From assembly GCA_002774875.1 (NCBI GenBank), contig PCYM01000001.1, positions 182,153 through 246,152 of the forward strand: a stretch of DNA of 64,000 nucleotides, read 5' to 3'. This document shows, piece after piece, positions 38,865 to 48,526 of the stretch; position 1 is the stretch's first letter; each line of letters opens with the position of its first letter. Source of the stretch: Candidatus Uhrbacteria bacterium CG10_big_fil_rev_8_21_14_0_10_50_16 (lineage in GTDB: Bacteria; Patescibacteriota; Patescibacteriia; UBA9934; UBA11717). A model generated the notes under the pieces. The model saw only the letters and a list, made by a program, of their open reading frames with translations, was not told the DNA's origin and did no database searches. The position numbers and the translations under genes were made by a program.

Positions 38865-41018
38865 ATGAGCGTGAACGTGAAGAAGATTGGTTGGATGGGC
38901 TTCCACTCGGGTCGTCCGCATTTGGACGACTTGTTGGCAGCCGTGATTGGATGCGTGCTTGGCCTCTTTGAGGTCGAGTTCATGGACCCGAAGAGTTCCG
39001 TAAACCTTATCCTGGACGCGAGCGGCATCTCCAATGCCCTGGCGCGCCAGATGAGCGAGACGGGGCGGGACGCCGACGGCGTGCAGTTGTACGCCGCGTG
39101 GATCGGCACGACCCCCAACGGTGGGACCTCCCCCGTCTCCGAGGGCGACCAGTGGTGGTCGCCCTACGACGAGCACGGGAGTGGCAACCCCGCGGACTCG
39201 GCCACGGAGCTCATGCTCCACCTGGCCGGGGACGACAAGGCCATTGGCCGGCGGCTCCAGACCCTCTTCCGGGGATGGGGCATCCGCGCCTCGGAGGCGC
39301 AGGTCGCGGAGTCGGTGGAAAAGCTCCACCACATGGTGGCCTACACCACCATGAAGGACAACTTTCCCGTCGCCATGCGCGGCGGAATCAGCTGGCTCCT
39401 CAAGCAGCTGAACCGGGTGTGCTGCTTCCAGATCGGAGAAGGTGGGAAGATCCGGGAGGAGTCCTACTCCTCCCAGGAGGTCCTCCGTGACCTCCGTTGG
39501 ATCTACCGACTGCTCGTCACCTACATGACGAGCAACCTGCAGATTGAGACCTCCGATCTGGCCGCCGTGGACCAGGAGATGGTTCACTGGTACCTCCAGC
39601 GTGAGGACGTGAGCCCGGCATGGAAGCCGGACACCGCTCCACGCACGATGGCGGAGCTGACGGCCATGATCCGGACGGAGGTGCGCCGCAAGGCGCTGGA
39701 GGCCAAGAAGGCCAACCGGGCATTCAGCCCGCCCTCCACGCTGCTCCGCCGTTTGCGGAGCCTCACCGCTCTGGTGAGTGACTTGCGCAACCCCAGCAAC
39801 TGGGCATCGGTGGAGGCATGGATGCTCCACCAATGGATGGGGGGCAAGAAGGTCCACCTCGGGATGAACGTGGGTAACACCACGACCATCCAGGAGGTGA
39901 TCGCCAACCTCGCCGCCCGCGCGGAAGCTCTCAAGGAGAGCGCGCGGGCGGACACACCCCGCCAGCAGGAGAAGCTGGAGGGCTGGATCCGGCAGCTGCA
40001 GGAGTTGCAGCTGCGCGTGGAGGATGAAGAGCAGACCCGCCAGCTGATGGCGGGAGATGAGCGGATGGATGAGCGGACCGCCGCCTCCCCCTACGGGGTG
40101 GTGGCGACCACGGTCCTGCTCCTGCGGCGTTCCCGCCGCACGGACGGCCTGGCCTTCCCCGAGGGTCAGGCCGTGGCCGAGGAGTACCTCTTCATGGCGC
40201 TGGACGCGCTGTGGGGAAAGATGCTCCTGGCGGAGGCCGCCTCCCGTCAGATCCAGGAGGCACAGGCGGACCCCACCTGCACGCCGGCCATCGCGGTCGA
40301 CTGGCAGGTGAAAGGTGTGGAGCAGCCGGGACTGCTCCACTCCGATGGCATCAACCCCGAGACCCCGGCGGAGGCCCGCCGGATCTTGGGCAAAGGCCAG
40401 GTGGGTGGTCGCCAGGTGAAGCGCTTCCCGCTGATCCTGGTCACCTGCGAGAAGCTGCCGGACGGTACGCCGTTCGGAAGCGCCTACCTGGGCGCCGACC
40501 AGCGGTACTTCGGTACCGACTGGACGGACGGATTCTTCCGTCACATCACGTCCTGGCTCCGAGTCATGGAACTCCGGCGCCAGGGCAATCCGTTGCCGGA
40601 GGACCTCGATACCCTCGAGGCGCCCGACAAGGTGCAGGACCACGTGTGGTTCCTACACCTCAACGGAGACGGAAAGGCCGTCCAGGTGATGGCCAAGAGC
40701 CTCCACCGCCGGGATTCGCCCGGTACGGAGCTGGACGCCAAGCAGGAGATCCTGGCCGCCCAACTGGTGGTCTACACCGTCTTCTGCGCCTGGCGGTCTC
40801 TCGGAGTGTTCGGCAGCCAGCAGGGCCGCCTCAGCCTCCGGGCACGGGACAGCGCCCTGCGGGCGCTCCGCCACCGCCTCGCCGGCGCCGAGGACATGGC
40901 CGCCGAGCTGCAGCTCATCTTGAGCGAGCTCCGCAGCCAGATCGTCATCCACCAGACCGCCCTCCTCCCCCTGCGGGAGTCGAAGGCGCCGGGTGAAGAG
41001 CTCGCCCCCACGAGCTAA
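38865..41018 (+). CDS. large GC-rich ORFan protein, 718 aa (cassette B)
   Basis: about 65% GC against about 48% in flanking genes. Promoter TTGACA(38729-38734)-17-TAGGTT, Shine-Dalgarno GAGGAGGA, 4 nt, then ATG (MSVNVKKIGW..). Balanced amino-acid composition, whereas the other five frames give R/G/L/H-rich artefacts. Terminator 41050-41092. Confidence 0.65.
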   Translation: MSVNVKKIGWMGFHSGRPHLDDLLAAVIGCVLGLFEVEFMDPKSSVNLILDASGISNALARQMSETGRDADGVQLYAAWIGTTPNGGTSPVSEGDQWWSPYDEHGSGNPADSATELMLHLAGDDKAIGRRLQTLFRGWGIRASEAQVAESVEKLHHMVAYTTMKDNFPVAMRGGISWLLKQLNRVCCFQIGEGGKIREESYSSQEVLRDLRWIYRLLVTYMTSNLQIETSDLAAVDQEMVHWYLQREDVSPAWKPDTAPRTMAELTAMIRTEVRRKALEAKKANRAFSPPSTLLRRLRSLTALVSDLRNPSNWASVEAWMLHQWMGGKKVHLGMNVGNTTTIQEVIANLAARAEALKESARADTPRQQEKLEGWIRQLQELQLRVEDEEQTRQLMAGDERMDERTAASPYGVVATTVLLLRRSRRTDGLAFPEGQAVAEEYLFMALDALWGKMLLAEAASRQIQEAQADPTCTPAIAVDWQVKGVEQPGLLHSDGINPETPAEARRILGKGQVGGRQVKRFPLILVTCEKLPDGTPFGSAYLGADQRYFGTDWTDGFFRHITSWLRVMELRRQGNPLPEDLDTLEAPDKVQDHVWFLHLNGDGKAVQVMAKSLHRRDSPGTELDAKQEILAAQLVVYTVFCAWRSLGVFGSQQGRLSLRARDSALRALRHRLAGAEDMAAELQLILSELRSQIVIHQTALLPLRESKAPGEELAPTS

Positions 41019-41049
41019 CCCCCTCCTGCACATGGAGGGACGCGAAAAA

Positions 41050-41092
41050 AGAGGGGCTCCGCAATCTGCGTGAGCCCCTTTTCCTTTTATCT
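41050..41092 (+). terminator. terminator of cassette B
   Basis: AGAGGGGCTCcgcaatctgcgtGAGCCCCTTTTCCTTTTAT. Confidence 0.7.
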
Positions 41093-41098
41093 CTTTTT

Positions 41099-41455
41099 TT
41101 ATTGCGCCGCAGCAATCGCTGCAACAAGTTTTGCTTTAAGACCCGTAAGTGCCGTGACGGCCGTTGCATAATCTTCATCACGGATTGCACGCGATCCCAC
41201 ATATCCTTCTTCCTCCCACACACTCAATTGTGTTGCATCCACACCCGCGGTACTTGCATCCACGAGCAACTGTCCCACGTCGAGCATAAGGTTAAGCGCT
41301 TGGGTCTTTGCGGCACTATCCACGGGAGCCGCTGTCTTAGGGATCTCCTGCGCAGGCACTGCTAATGGTTCAACAGGAATTGAATCGGAGGGTTTGGAAG
41401 CACATCCAGCTCCCACGAGTGAGAAGGCCATGAGCGAGAGAATGAGTTTTTTCAT
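41099..41455 (-). CDS. hypothetical lipoprotein
   Basis: Signal peptide with lipobox-like LVGAGC; 118 aa. Confidence 0.5.
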   Translation of the reverse strand: MKKLILSLMAFSLVGAGCASKPSDSIPVEPLAVPAQEIPKTAAPVDSAAKTQALNLMLDVGQLLVDASTAGVDATQLSVWEEEGYVGSRAIRDEDYATAVTALTGLKAKLVAAIAAAQ

Positions 41456-41709
41456 AAGTGCTGAATTACATCTATTAATTTTTTTGTAAACGGAAACAGT
41501 CGCAAGATCGTAAGCACAATGGCAACAACGACCGTGGCTCCAATCGCCGAGCCGACACCTCGTATCACCCCCGCCCCAAATTGCAACCCAACAAACGTTC
41601 TCTTGTTACCCGCAAATGAGAATCCGTCGATTTTTTGGATACGATCAAGATTGGCATTGAGACGTCGCATTTCGCGTGCAAGCGTCCTTTCTCCTGTTGC
41701 TTGTTTCAT
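41452..41709 (-). CDS. hypothetical small membrane protein
   Basis: 85 aa, C-terminal TM helix, 4-nt ATGA overlap with downstream lipoprotein gene. Confidence 0.4.
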   Translation of the reverse strand: MKQATGERTLAREMRRLNANLDRIQKIDGFSFAGNKRTFVGLQFGAGVIRGVGSAIGATVVVAIVLTILRLFPFTKKLIDVIQHL

Positions 41710-42011
41710 AAAGACAGTATATCAAATTTCCGCAACATCTTCTTTTTGCAGCGCATTATGGGCATCAATTACATCACTATTAATCGAGGTAAGGGGGTGC
41801 GTTTCTGTACAGACGGGTAATTCACGCACAACACGAATCCTCCCCGTGAATCAAATCAATGCCTTGCAGGCCGTAAACGGTTTCCTGACGTGTATATTCC
41901 AGCATTGCGGTTTGCGTTGCCTTTGTCAACTTCATCTGCAACGCTTCTTCACCAGTGACCCATACTGCCTCCCGATGTTCTGCCGACAAAAGAATCGTCA
42001 AATGCTCATTC

Positions 42012-45000
42012 TTAACTACATCCACTTGTAGACCCACAATTGAGACACTTATAACAAGCCGCATTGCGCACCATAATGGATCCACAGGTATCACACGCCG
42101 GCGCGTCCGACTGATTGTCAAACGTCTGCGTAAGTGACGCTGCCTTGTATCCGTAGGTTTCCCCTTCTGCCTTTGCGTCGAACAAGCTCACTTGATCCAA
42201 CGGGTCTTTTACCTCAGGTTCCTCTGCATGTGGTCTGCTCAAATGATCATCCATTCCCTGCTTATCCACCTGAATTCCCAATTCGATCTGCTTATTAACA
42301 TCCAAGAACTTGTACGCCATCCATCGGAAGATGTAATCCACTACGGACTTTGCAATGCGGATATTGGCGTTATTGGTAAATCCGGACGGTTCAAAGCGCA
42401 TGTGTGCAAATCGATTTACAAGCGCCTCCAACGGTACGCCATACTGCAGGGCGATAGAGACGGCAGACGCGAGCGCGTTCATGAGCCCAGAAATCACTGA
42501 TCCTTCCTTGCTCATCATGATAAACACTTCTCCCGGTGTTCCATCGTCGTACAACCCAACCGTCAAATATCCTTTGTGACCGGCAATCGAGAACTTATGC
42601 GTAACGGATCGGCGCTCGTCTGGCAACCGTCGTCGGCGTGGGGTAGAAACCTCACGTGTAATCACCACGGGCTGTGGGGCTTCTTGCACAGGCGCGGACG
42701 TCTCTTCCGCGGAATCTCCTTTTGCTCCGTCGTCCTTCTGTTTGAGTGACGTGGTGAGCGGCTGTTGACGCTTAGATCCATCACGGTAAATTGCAATGGC
42801 CTTAAGTCCCATCTTCCACCCTTCGCGATACACTTCCTCCACATCCTCTACCGTTGCCGTTTCTGGCATATTGACGGTCTTGGAGATAGCACCCGACAAA
42901 AACGGTTGCACCGCCGCCATCATGCGCACGTGTCCCATGTAATGAATGGTGCGTGTTCCCTGTGCGGCTTTAAAGGCACAATCAAACACAGGCAAATGCT
43001 CGTCTTTAAATCCAGGTGCCCCCTCGATCGTATCCTTCTCTTTAATGTAGTCAATAATCGACGCGCATTGTTCTGGGTTGTAGTTAAGGAACTCGAGCGC
43101 CTCCGGCACCGTTCCATTGACCAACTTCTCCATGCCGCCGTCTACCATCCATTTGTACTTAACGAGAGCGATATCTGGCTCCACACCTGTTGTGGCACAA
43201 TCCATAAGGAATGAGATGGTTCCCGTCGGTGCCAATACGCTAATTTGCGCATTGCGGAATCCATGTTTTGTTCCATACTCCAACGCCCTGTCCCAACTCG
43301 ATCGCGCAGCTGCCAACACTTCTGCCGGCACACCTGCCTCTGGAATGCGATACGCCGCTTCACGATGCATGCGAATCACGCCCAACATAGACTCGCGATT
43401 CCGCTCGTACCCAGCAAACGGACCAAGCTTCTCGGCAATTTTGGCGCTTTGATAGTACGTCTGGCCCGACATGATAGACGTAAGTGCCGCCGACAAGTTA
43501 CGACCTTCGTCCGAGTCATACGGTAATCCGCGGCTCATCAACAACGCGCCAAGGTTGGCATAACCAATGCCCAGAGGTCGGTAATCGAAACTGTTTTGTT
43601 CAATAGAGGGAGTTGGATAATCCGAGTTTCCAACAGCAATCTCCATAGCCGTAATCATCACTTCCAACGCATGGTTGTATTCCTCAACGTTAAAACTCTT
43701 GTCCTCGCGTCGGAACAACATGAGGTTAAGACTCGACAAATTACACGCCGTGTCGTCCAAAAACATGTACTCCGAACAAGGATTGGATCCGTTAATTTGA
43801 TCTGTCACTTTACACGTGTGCCATGCGTTAATGGTGTCATGATATTGCACACCCGGATCTCCGCACCACCACGCGCTCTCTGACATTTTACGCATCAACT
43901 CGCGCGCCTTGTACGTTTGTGCCACATTCCCCGTTGTGCGCTCGATCGTAGAAAAGTCGCCATCGGTCTCCACAGCACGCATAAACTGATCCGTTACGCG
44001 CACCGAGTTGTTGGCGTTTTGAAAGAAAATGGAACTGTATGCATCTCCCGTAAAGGACCCATCATAACCCGCATCAATCAGCGCCCATGCCTTCTTCTCC
44101 TCTTTTACTTTACACTCGATAAACTCCTCTACATCTGGATGATCGATGTTTAAAATCACCATCTTCGCTGCCCGTCGCGTTTTTCCGCCAGACCGCACGA
44201 TCCCGGCGAACGAATCCCAGCCCTTCATAAAACTCACAACGCCTGAGCTCTTGCCATTGGACTTTGCCAAGTACTCACACGACCCACGAAGATTCGACAA
44301 GTTGGAACCCGTACCCGATCCATACTTAAACAGCATGGTCTCCGTGGTAGCCAGGTTCATAATGGATCGCATGTCGTCCTGCACCGAGTTAATAAAACAG
44401 GCCGAACATTGTGGATGTTGGCTCACACCGACATTAAACCAAACGGGGCTATTAAACGCCGCCTTCTGGTTAATGAGAATATGCGCCAACTCCGCCTCAA
44501 ATATATCTGCGTCCTCCGCCGTCTGAAAATAGCCGTCGTTGCGGCCCCAATTTGCCATTGTCGTTGCTACGCGTCCAATCAACTGACGAGCACTTGTTTC
44601 ACGCTCCGGTTCACCAATCTTTCCTTTAAAATACTTTGAGACAACAATATTGGTAGCTGTTTGCGACCAGGTTGCTGGGACTTCTACGTCTTTCTGCTCA
44701 AAAATAACATTCCCTTTCTCATCTTTGATCGCTGCAACACGCGTCTCCCACGTGATTTGATCAAATGGGTGTACACCGGGAGTTGTAAAATGCCGTGCTA
44801 CCGTAATGCCGTTTCCATATTTTGGTTCGGAACGGTGTGTGGGAATGAGGTTTTGTTTTTGACCCATGTACGCGCGCGCCACAAACGCAAGGTTGTTGTC
44901 GATACACGTAAGCGAGACCATCTCGCGAATGTCACCCGTTGTTGGCACTAATACGCCGTCATACACTTTATTCAAACGCGTAATCACATGACCCGTCATG

Positions 45001-45200
45001 CGCTCGGCATAACGCAGCGCCTTATCTTGCTTCAACCCAGCGGTACGCACCGCTGCATCGATTGATTTGTAAAGCTTCTCTTGTGAGAACGTCTCCTCGC
45101 GCCCGTCCATTTTTTTTACCAGTTTGACGGAGGTGAGAAACGTCCAAACAGCGTCGGCAGAGCCTGCGACTGTTTGCTGCAGTTTATTGGTTGAAGACAT
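42012..45200 (-). CDS. nrdJ: class II (adenosylcobalamin-dependent) ribonucleotide reductase with N-terminal ATP cone and C-terminal zinc ribbon
   Basis: ATP-cone LVKKMDGREETFSQEKLYKSIDAAVR, RNR catalytic core (about 1060 aa, single chain), C-terminal CDTCGS..CYKCLNCGS. Confidence 0.85.
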   Translation of the reverse strand: MSSTNKLQQTVAGSADAVWTFLTSVKLVKKMDGREETFSQEKLYKSIDAAVRTAGLKQDKALRYAERMTGHVITRLNKVYDGVLVPTTGDIREMVSLTCIDNNLAFVARAYMGQKQNLIPTHRSEPKYGNGITVARHFTTPGVHPFDQITWETRVAAIKDEKGNVIFEQKDVEVPATWSQTATNIVVSKYFKGKIGEPERETSARQLIGRVATTMANWGRNDGYFQTAEDADIFEAELAHILINQKAAFNSPVWFNVGVSQHPQCSACFINSVQDDMRSIMNLATTETMLFKYGSGTGSNLSNLRGSCEYLAKSNGKSSGVVSFMKGWDSFAGIVRSGGKTRRAAKMVILNIDHPDVEEFIECKVKEEKKAWALIDAGYDGSFTGDAYSSIFFQNANNSVRVTDQFMRAVETDGDFSTIERTTGNVAQTYKARELMRKMSESAWWCGDPGVQYHDTINAWHTCKVTDQINGSNPCSEYMFLDDTACNLSSLNLMLFRREDKSFNVEEYNHALEVMITAMEIAVGNSDYPTPSIEQNSFDYRPLGIGYANLGALLMSRGLPYDSDEGRNLSAALTSIMSGQTYYQSAKIAEKLGPFAGYERNRESMLGVIRMHREAAYRIPEAGVPAEVLAAARSSWDRALEYGTKHGFRNAQISVLAPTGTISFLMDCATTGVEPDIALVKYKWMVDGGMEKLVNGTVPEALEFLNYNPEQCASIIDYIKEKDTIEGAPGFKDEHLPVFDCAFKAAQGTRTIHYMGHVRMMAAVQPFLSGAISKTVNMPETATVEDVEEVYREGWKMGLKAIAIYRDGSKRQQPLTTSLKQKDDGAKGDSAEETSAPVQEAPQPVVITREVSTPRRRRLPDERRSVTHKFSIAGHKGYLTVGLYDDGTPGEVFIMMSKEGSVISGLMNALASAVSIALQYGVPLEALVNRFAHMRFEPSGFTNNANIRIAKSVVDYIFRWMAYKFLDVNKQIELGIQVDKQGMDDHLSRPHAEEPEVKDPLDQVSLFDAKAEGETYGYKAASLTQTFDNQSDAPACDTCGSIMVRNAACYKCLNCGSTSGCS

Positions 45201-45564
45201 AATGGGTCCGATGTTTGTTTCTTAAAGCCTTGTAGCTTATTCTCTTGGTGCGGACAAAAACAACATCCCAATCAAGGAGATATTGGAACCTCATCAAACC
45301 TTTATTCCCGCGGACAAAGGATTAGCGAAGTTCATCCAACACACTGTAAAAGACAAGCCTGCAAAGAGCGAACGTGTGAGCCGTGTCACCAGGGACAGGT
45401 TCGACGACAATCCCACATCTTGTGCTCCAATGTGGATTCTACCACAAGATACGGTGTCCCATCCCTCCATTATAGTGTCGCACAACGCTACGTTTGGGGA
45501 TAACCTTTTTTCCCTTCCAACACGCGCCCAATCTTAGCACGTTTTGACTCAAGATGCTCACCAC

Positions 45565-46140
45565 TTAAAGCGGCATTGAGAGGTTGATGGAGGCGGCAAG
45601 CTCTACCTCCGGCGCCACAGAAAAGGCAATCTCATGCACCTGCCCCATCCGGTCCTCAAACAACACATGCCCATGCTCGCGTGCAAATTCATAAATCTCT
45701 TTCGTGACACGGACATCTTGCAAACAATAGTCGGCGAGTTCCTGAATTTTTCCTTCCTTCCAAAACTCTACTGCCTGTAATCCGTGACCAGACTTTCCCA
45801 TACCAAGCGTGGACTTTGCCACGTCATCTAACTTGACGCGATAGCCGAGCGTCTGGTGAATTTTTTCCAACAGGTCGAGTTGTGGAATTTGATTCAAATC
45901 ACCCGCGTAGTAATTATTCATAACCGGGTTATCGAACCCTTTTTGGTTGTAGCCGATAATACGATCCGCTTGCTCAAGCCGCGGCCAAAGTTTTGGCAGG
46001 TCCGGCTCCAAAAAATATTCGTAACTGTCTGTTTCAAAAAAATACACCCCAACGAGCGATATGCGGAGCTTGTCATGATGCCATCCGCCAACGTCTTCAA
46101 AGGTGTTTTGAGTTTCAATATCGAGAACAATTTCTTTGGA
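45565..46140 (-). CDS. 3'-5' exonuclease, PolB-exo-like (DEDDy) fold
   Basis: VLDIETQ (Exo I), FDNPVM, YCLQDV; start taken at MSKEIVLDIE. Confidence 0.55.
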   Translation of the reverse strand, partial: SKEIVLDIETQNTFEDVGGWHHDKLRISLVGVYFFETDSYEYFLEPDLPKLWPRLEQADRIIGYNQKGFDNPVMNNYYAGDLNQIPQLDLLEKIHQTLGYRVKLDDVAKSTLGMGKSGHGLQAVEFWKEGKIQELADYCLQDVRVTKEIYEFAREHGHVLFEDRMGQVHEIAFSVAPEVELAASINLSMPL

Positions 46141-46274
46141 CATAGATAAAAGAGGAGGTCGAGCTAGGACACGATTATAACATATTGATTTTATCTCTAA
46201 TCTGAGAGAACCCTTGACAAAATCTGCAAAGACAGGTTGAATGGACATGCGTCAAATTCCACGACGCAAGGAGC

Positions 46275-46521
46275 CGACATGCGCAGCGCCAATACCGTGG
46301 AGACTGGGGAAGAACGAGACTGGAGGAAGAACGAGGAGGAGGGCCGGAAGCTCGCTGGGTGGGTCGACGTCCGCCTGCGCAACGGAAGGGTCCAGCACGA
46401 GGTCGTACAGGATCTCATCGACACCGGAGTTGGCCGCGAGGTCGCCGGATGGGCTCTCGCCATCGCCATCAGGAACAACGGAGGCAAGCCGCCCGAGGTT
46501 CTGCCGCACGTGACCGCCTGA
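46275..46521 (+). CDS. small GC-rich ORFan protein, 82 aa (cassette C)
   Basis: about 65% GC. Promoter TTGACA(46214-46219)-17-TTGAAT, Shine-Dalgarno AAGGAG, 6 nt, then ATG (MRSANTVE..). Terminator GAAGCCCGCCC..GGGCGGGCTTC+T5 (46539-46581) abutting the MTase stop. Confidence 0.45.
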
Positions 46522-46538
46522 CGGTCCTGAACACGAAC

Positions 46539-46581
46539 GAAGCCCGCCCGGGACACTACTTGGGCGGGCTTCCTGTTTTTA
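46539..46581 (+). terminator. terminator of cassette C
   Basis: GAAGCCCGCCCgggacactacttGGGCGGGCTTC CTGTTTTT. Confidence 0.7.
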
Positions 46582-47115
46582 CCATTCGTACAACCGAGCC
46601 GTAGCACGACCGACCGGTTGTTCTTTTTTTATCGTCGCCCCACCGGAAAGCGTAAAGTCGTGAGAGAGGACTTTGACATGCGTGTATCGGTCTCTAAGTC
46701 GCTGTTCGATTTTCTGCATGGCTTTTGGAAGAAGGTACAGAACCACCACATCCGTATCCGGCAGATCAACCTTAAAGATGTTCCCTCGAATAATCGTAAC
46801 CATATCCGATACACCGTTGCGATACGCGCGCCATCGTGCCAACCACACCAATACGGGATTGAGTTCGATGCCTATACACACGGCGCCATATTCGCGCGCC
46901 GCAACCAGCAACATACTCGCATCTCCACACCCCAGATCCACGACACGATCACCTGGTTTAATCCCGCCAAGACCACACATCGCGCGCGTGATCGCCTTAT
47001 TTGTTGGGACCCACGGCGCGCCCGAGAAAATCGTCAACGTCACCGCCACCATAAACACCGAAAAAATGCACAAACAAATCAACACAATCAACAAAATAAT
47101 CGTTGCTAGTTCCAT
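46579..47115 (-). CDS. class I SAM-dependent methyltransferase with N-terminal TM helix
   Basis: VVDLGCGDASMLL (motif I), ELNPVLV; ATG 1 nt after upstream stop. Confidence 0.65.
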   Translation of the reverse strand: MELATIILLIVLICLCIFSVFMVAVTLTIFSGAPWVPTNKAITRAMCGLGGIKPGDRVVDLGCGDASMLLVAAREYGAVCIGIELNPVLVWLARWRAYRNGVSDMVTIIRGNIFKVDLPDTDVVVLYLLPKAMQKIEQRLRDRYTHVKVLSHDFTLSGGATIKKEQPVGRATARLYEW

Positions 47116-47116
47116 A

Positions 47117-48490
47117 TTACACAACCTCTGCCATCGTCGCCGCACCTGCGACCGCTTCTGAATACGTTGGATAGGCGTGTATCATTTCCGCCAGATCATC
47201 CATGCGCGCCTTCAGATGAATCGCAAGCGCCACTTCATGAATCAGCTCCCCGGCTCGCTCGCTTACTATGTGGCCGCCAAGCAGTTTGCGCGTTTTTGGA
47301 TCCGCAACAAGCTTTACAAATCCCTTTGTGTTGCCATCAATATAGGCACGACCAAGACCTCGCATATAAAATGTTCCCACCAGCACGGTGCCGTATTTTT
47401 CTCGCACTTCTGCCTCCGTCATTCCCACACTCGCCACCTCTGGGTCTACAAACGTCACCCGCGGCACCACGCGTTCGTCCACCTGTCGTGGAGTTTTAGC
47501 AAACGCATTCGCACCTGCAAGTGACCCTTCATAGTGTGCCGTGTGCGTAAACAACATCCCACCGTCCACATCCCCCGCCGCCCAGATGTTTTGCGCGCTC
47601 GTTACGAGCTCTGAGTTAGTGAGAACATTTCCCCGCGCATCCAATTGCACACCCGCAGCCTGACAACCAAGGCCTGCGGTATTTGCCTTCTTACCCGTTG
47701 CCAACACAAGCACTTGTGATTTGATTATTTTCATCTCCTTTCCCACGCGCACTTTTGTCTGTGTCCCTTTTTCTGCTTTCTCGACACGAATCACCTCCGC
47801 GTTTAATTCAACATGGATATTCAAAACGGCAAATTGATTTGCAACAAGCTCTGAGATTTCTGGTTCTTCTCGATTTAACAGCGCGCCCGCATGTTGAATA
47901 ATCGTGACCCGCGTGCCAAAACTCGCATAAATCAATGCCAACTCGCACCCAACAGGCCCGCCCCCGATAATGGTCATAGACTCGGGCAGCGCATCAAACG
48001 TCACCGCCTCTTTAAATCCAATCCACGCCACCTGATCAATCCCCGGGATCTCGGGAACAAACGTGGAGGATCCAGTCGCGATTACAAACTTGTCCGACGT
48101 CACCTGCTTGTCATCGATCTGTACCGTATGCGCGTCCAAAAATGTTGCAAACCCATGTAACACATCTATGCCAAGTTTATCGGCGATTTTTTCGATACGC
48201 GATCCACCGAGGGCACCAACAATCTGACCACGCCGCTTCATAATCTCCACAAAATCTGCCGTCACATCCTTGCTCGTCACGCCATACATCTGCGTCTGCA
48301 ATAAATCTCTGTAGACTTTGGCGCTTTTTAAGAGAGCTTTCGTTGGCACGCACGCCCAGTTTGGACACTCACCTCCAAGACGATCCGCCTCCACAATGCC
48401 AATCTTACGACCCTGCCCTTTTGCTGCATGCGCCGCGGAGAATCCTGCAGAACCGGATCCAATCACTAATAAGTCGTAGTCGTATTTCAT
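47117..48490 (-). CDS. class I pyridine nucleotide-disulfide oxidoreductase (dihydrolipoamide dehydrogenase / mercuric reductase family)
   Basis: FAD GxGxxG (VIGSGSAG), redox-active disulfide GGECPNWACVPTK, NAD site, C-terminal dimerisation domain. Confidence 0.8.
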   Translation of the reverse strand: MKYDYDLLVIGSGSAGFSAAHAAKGQGRKIGIVEADRLGGECPNWACVPTKALLKSAKVYRDLLQTQMYGVTSKDVTADFVEIMKRRGQIVGALGGSRIEKIADKLGIDVLHGFATFLDAHTVQIDDKQVTSDKFVIATGSSTFVPEIPGIDQVAWIGFKEAVTFDALPESMTIIGGGPVGCELALIYASFGTRVTIIQHAGALLNREEPEISELVANQFAVLNIHVELNAEVIRVEKAEKGTQTKVRVGKEMKIIKSQVLVLATGKKANTAGLGCQAAGVQLDARGNVLTNSELVTSAQNIWAAGDVDGGMLFTHTAHYEGSLAGANAFAKTPRQVDERVVPRVTFVDPEVASVGMTEAEVREKYGTVLVGTFYMRGLGRAYIDGNTKGFVKLVADPKTRKLLGGHIVSERAGELIHEVALAIHLKARMDDLAEMIHAYPTYSEAVAGAATMAEVV

Positions 48491-48526
48491 AGATGGGTTG
48501 AGATGTCTGTCACAAATAATCGTTCA

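Noticed and set aside
38841-40643. 600-aa minus-strand ORF and several other long ORFs in all frames across 38.8-41.0 kb
   Set aside because: They have R/G/L/H/P-rich low-complexity translations, typical of antisense or off-frame reading of 65% GC DNA. Only the plus-strand 718-aa frame has a balanced composition together with promoter, Shine-Dalgarno and terminator.
41822-42121. 99-aa ORF overlapping the 3' end of nrdJ
   Set aside because: 110-nt same-strand overlap with a strongly supported gene; probably spurious.
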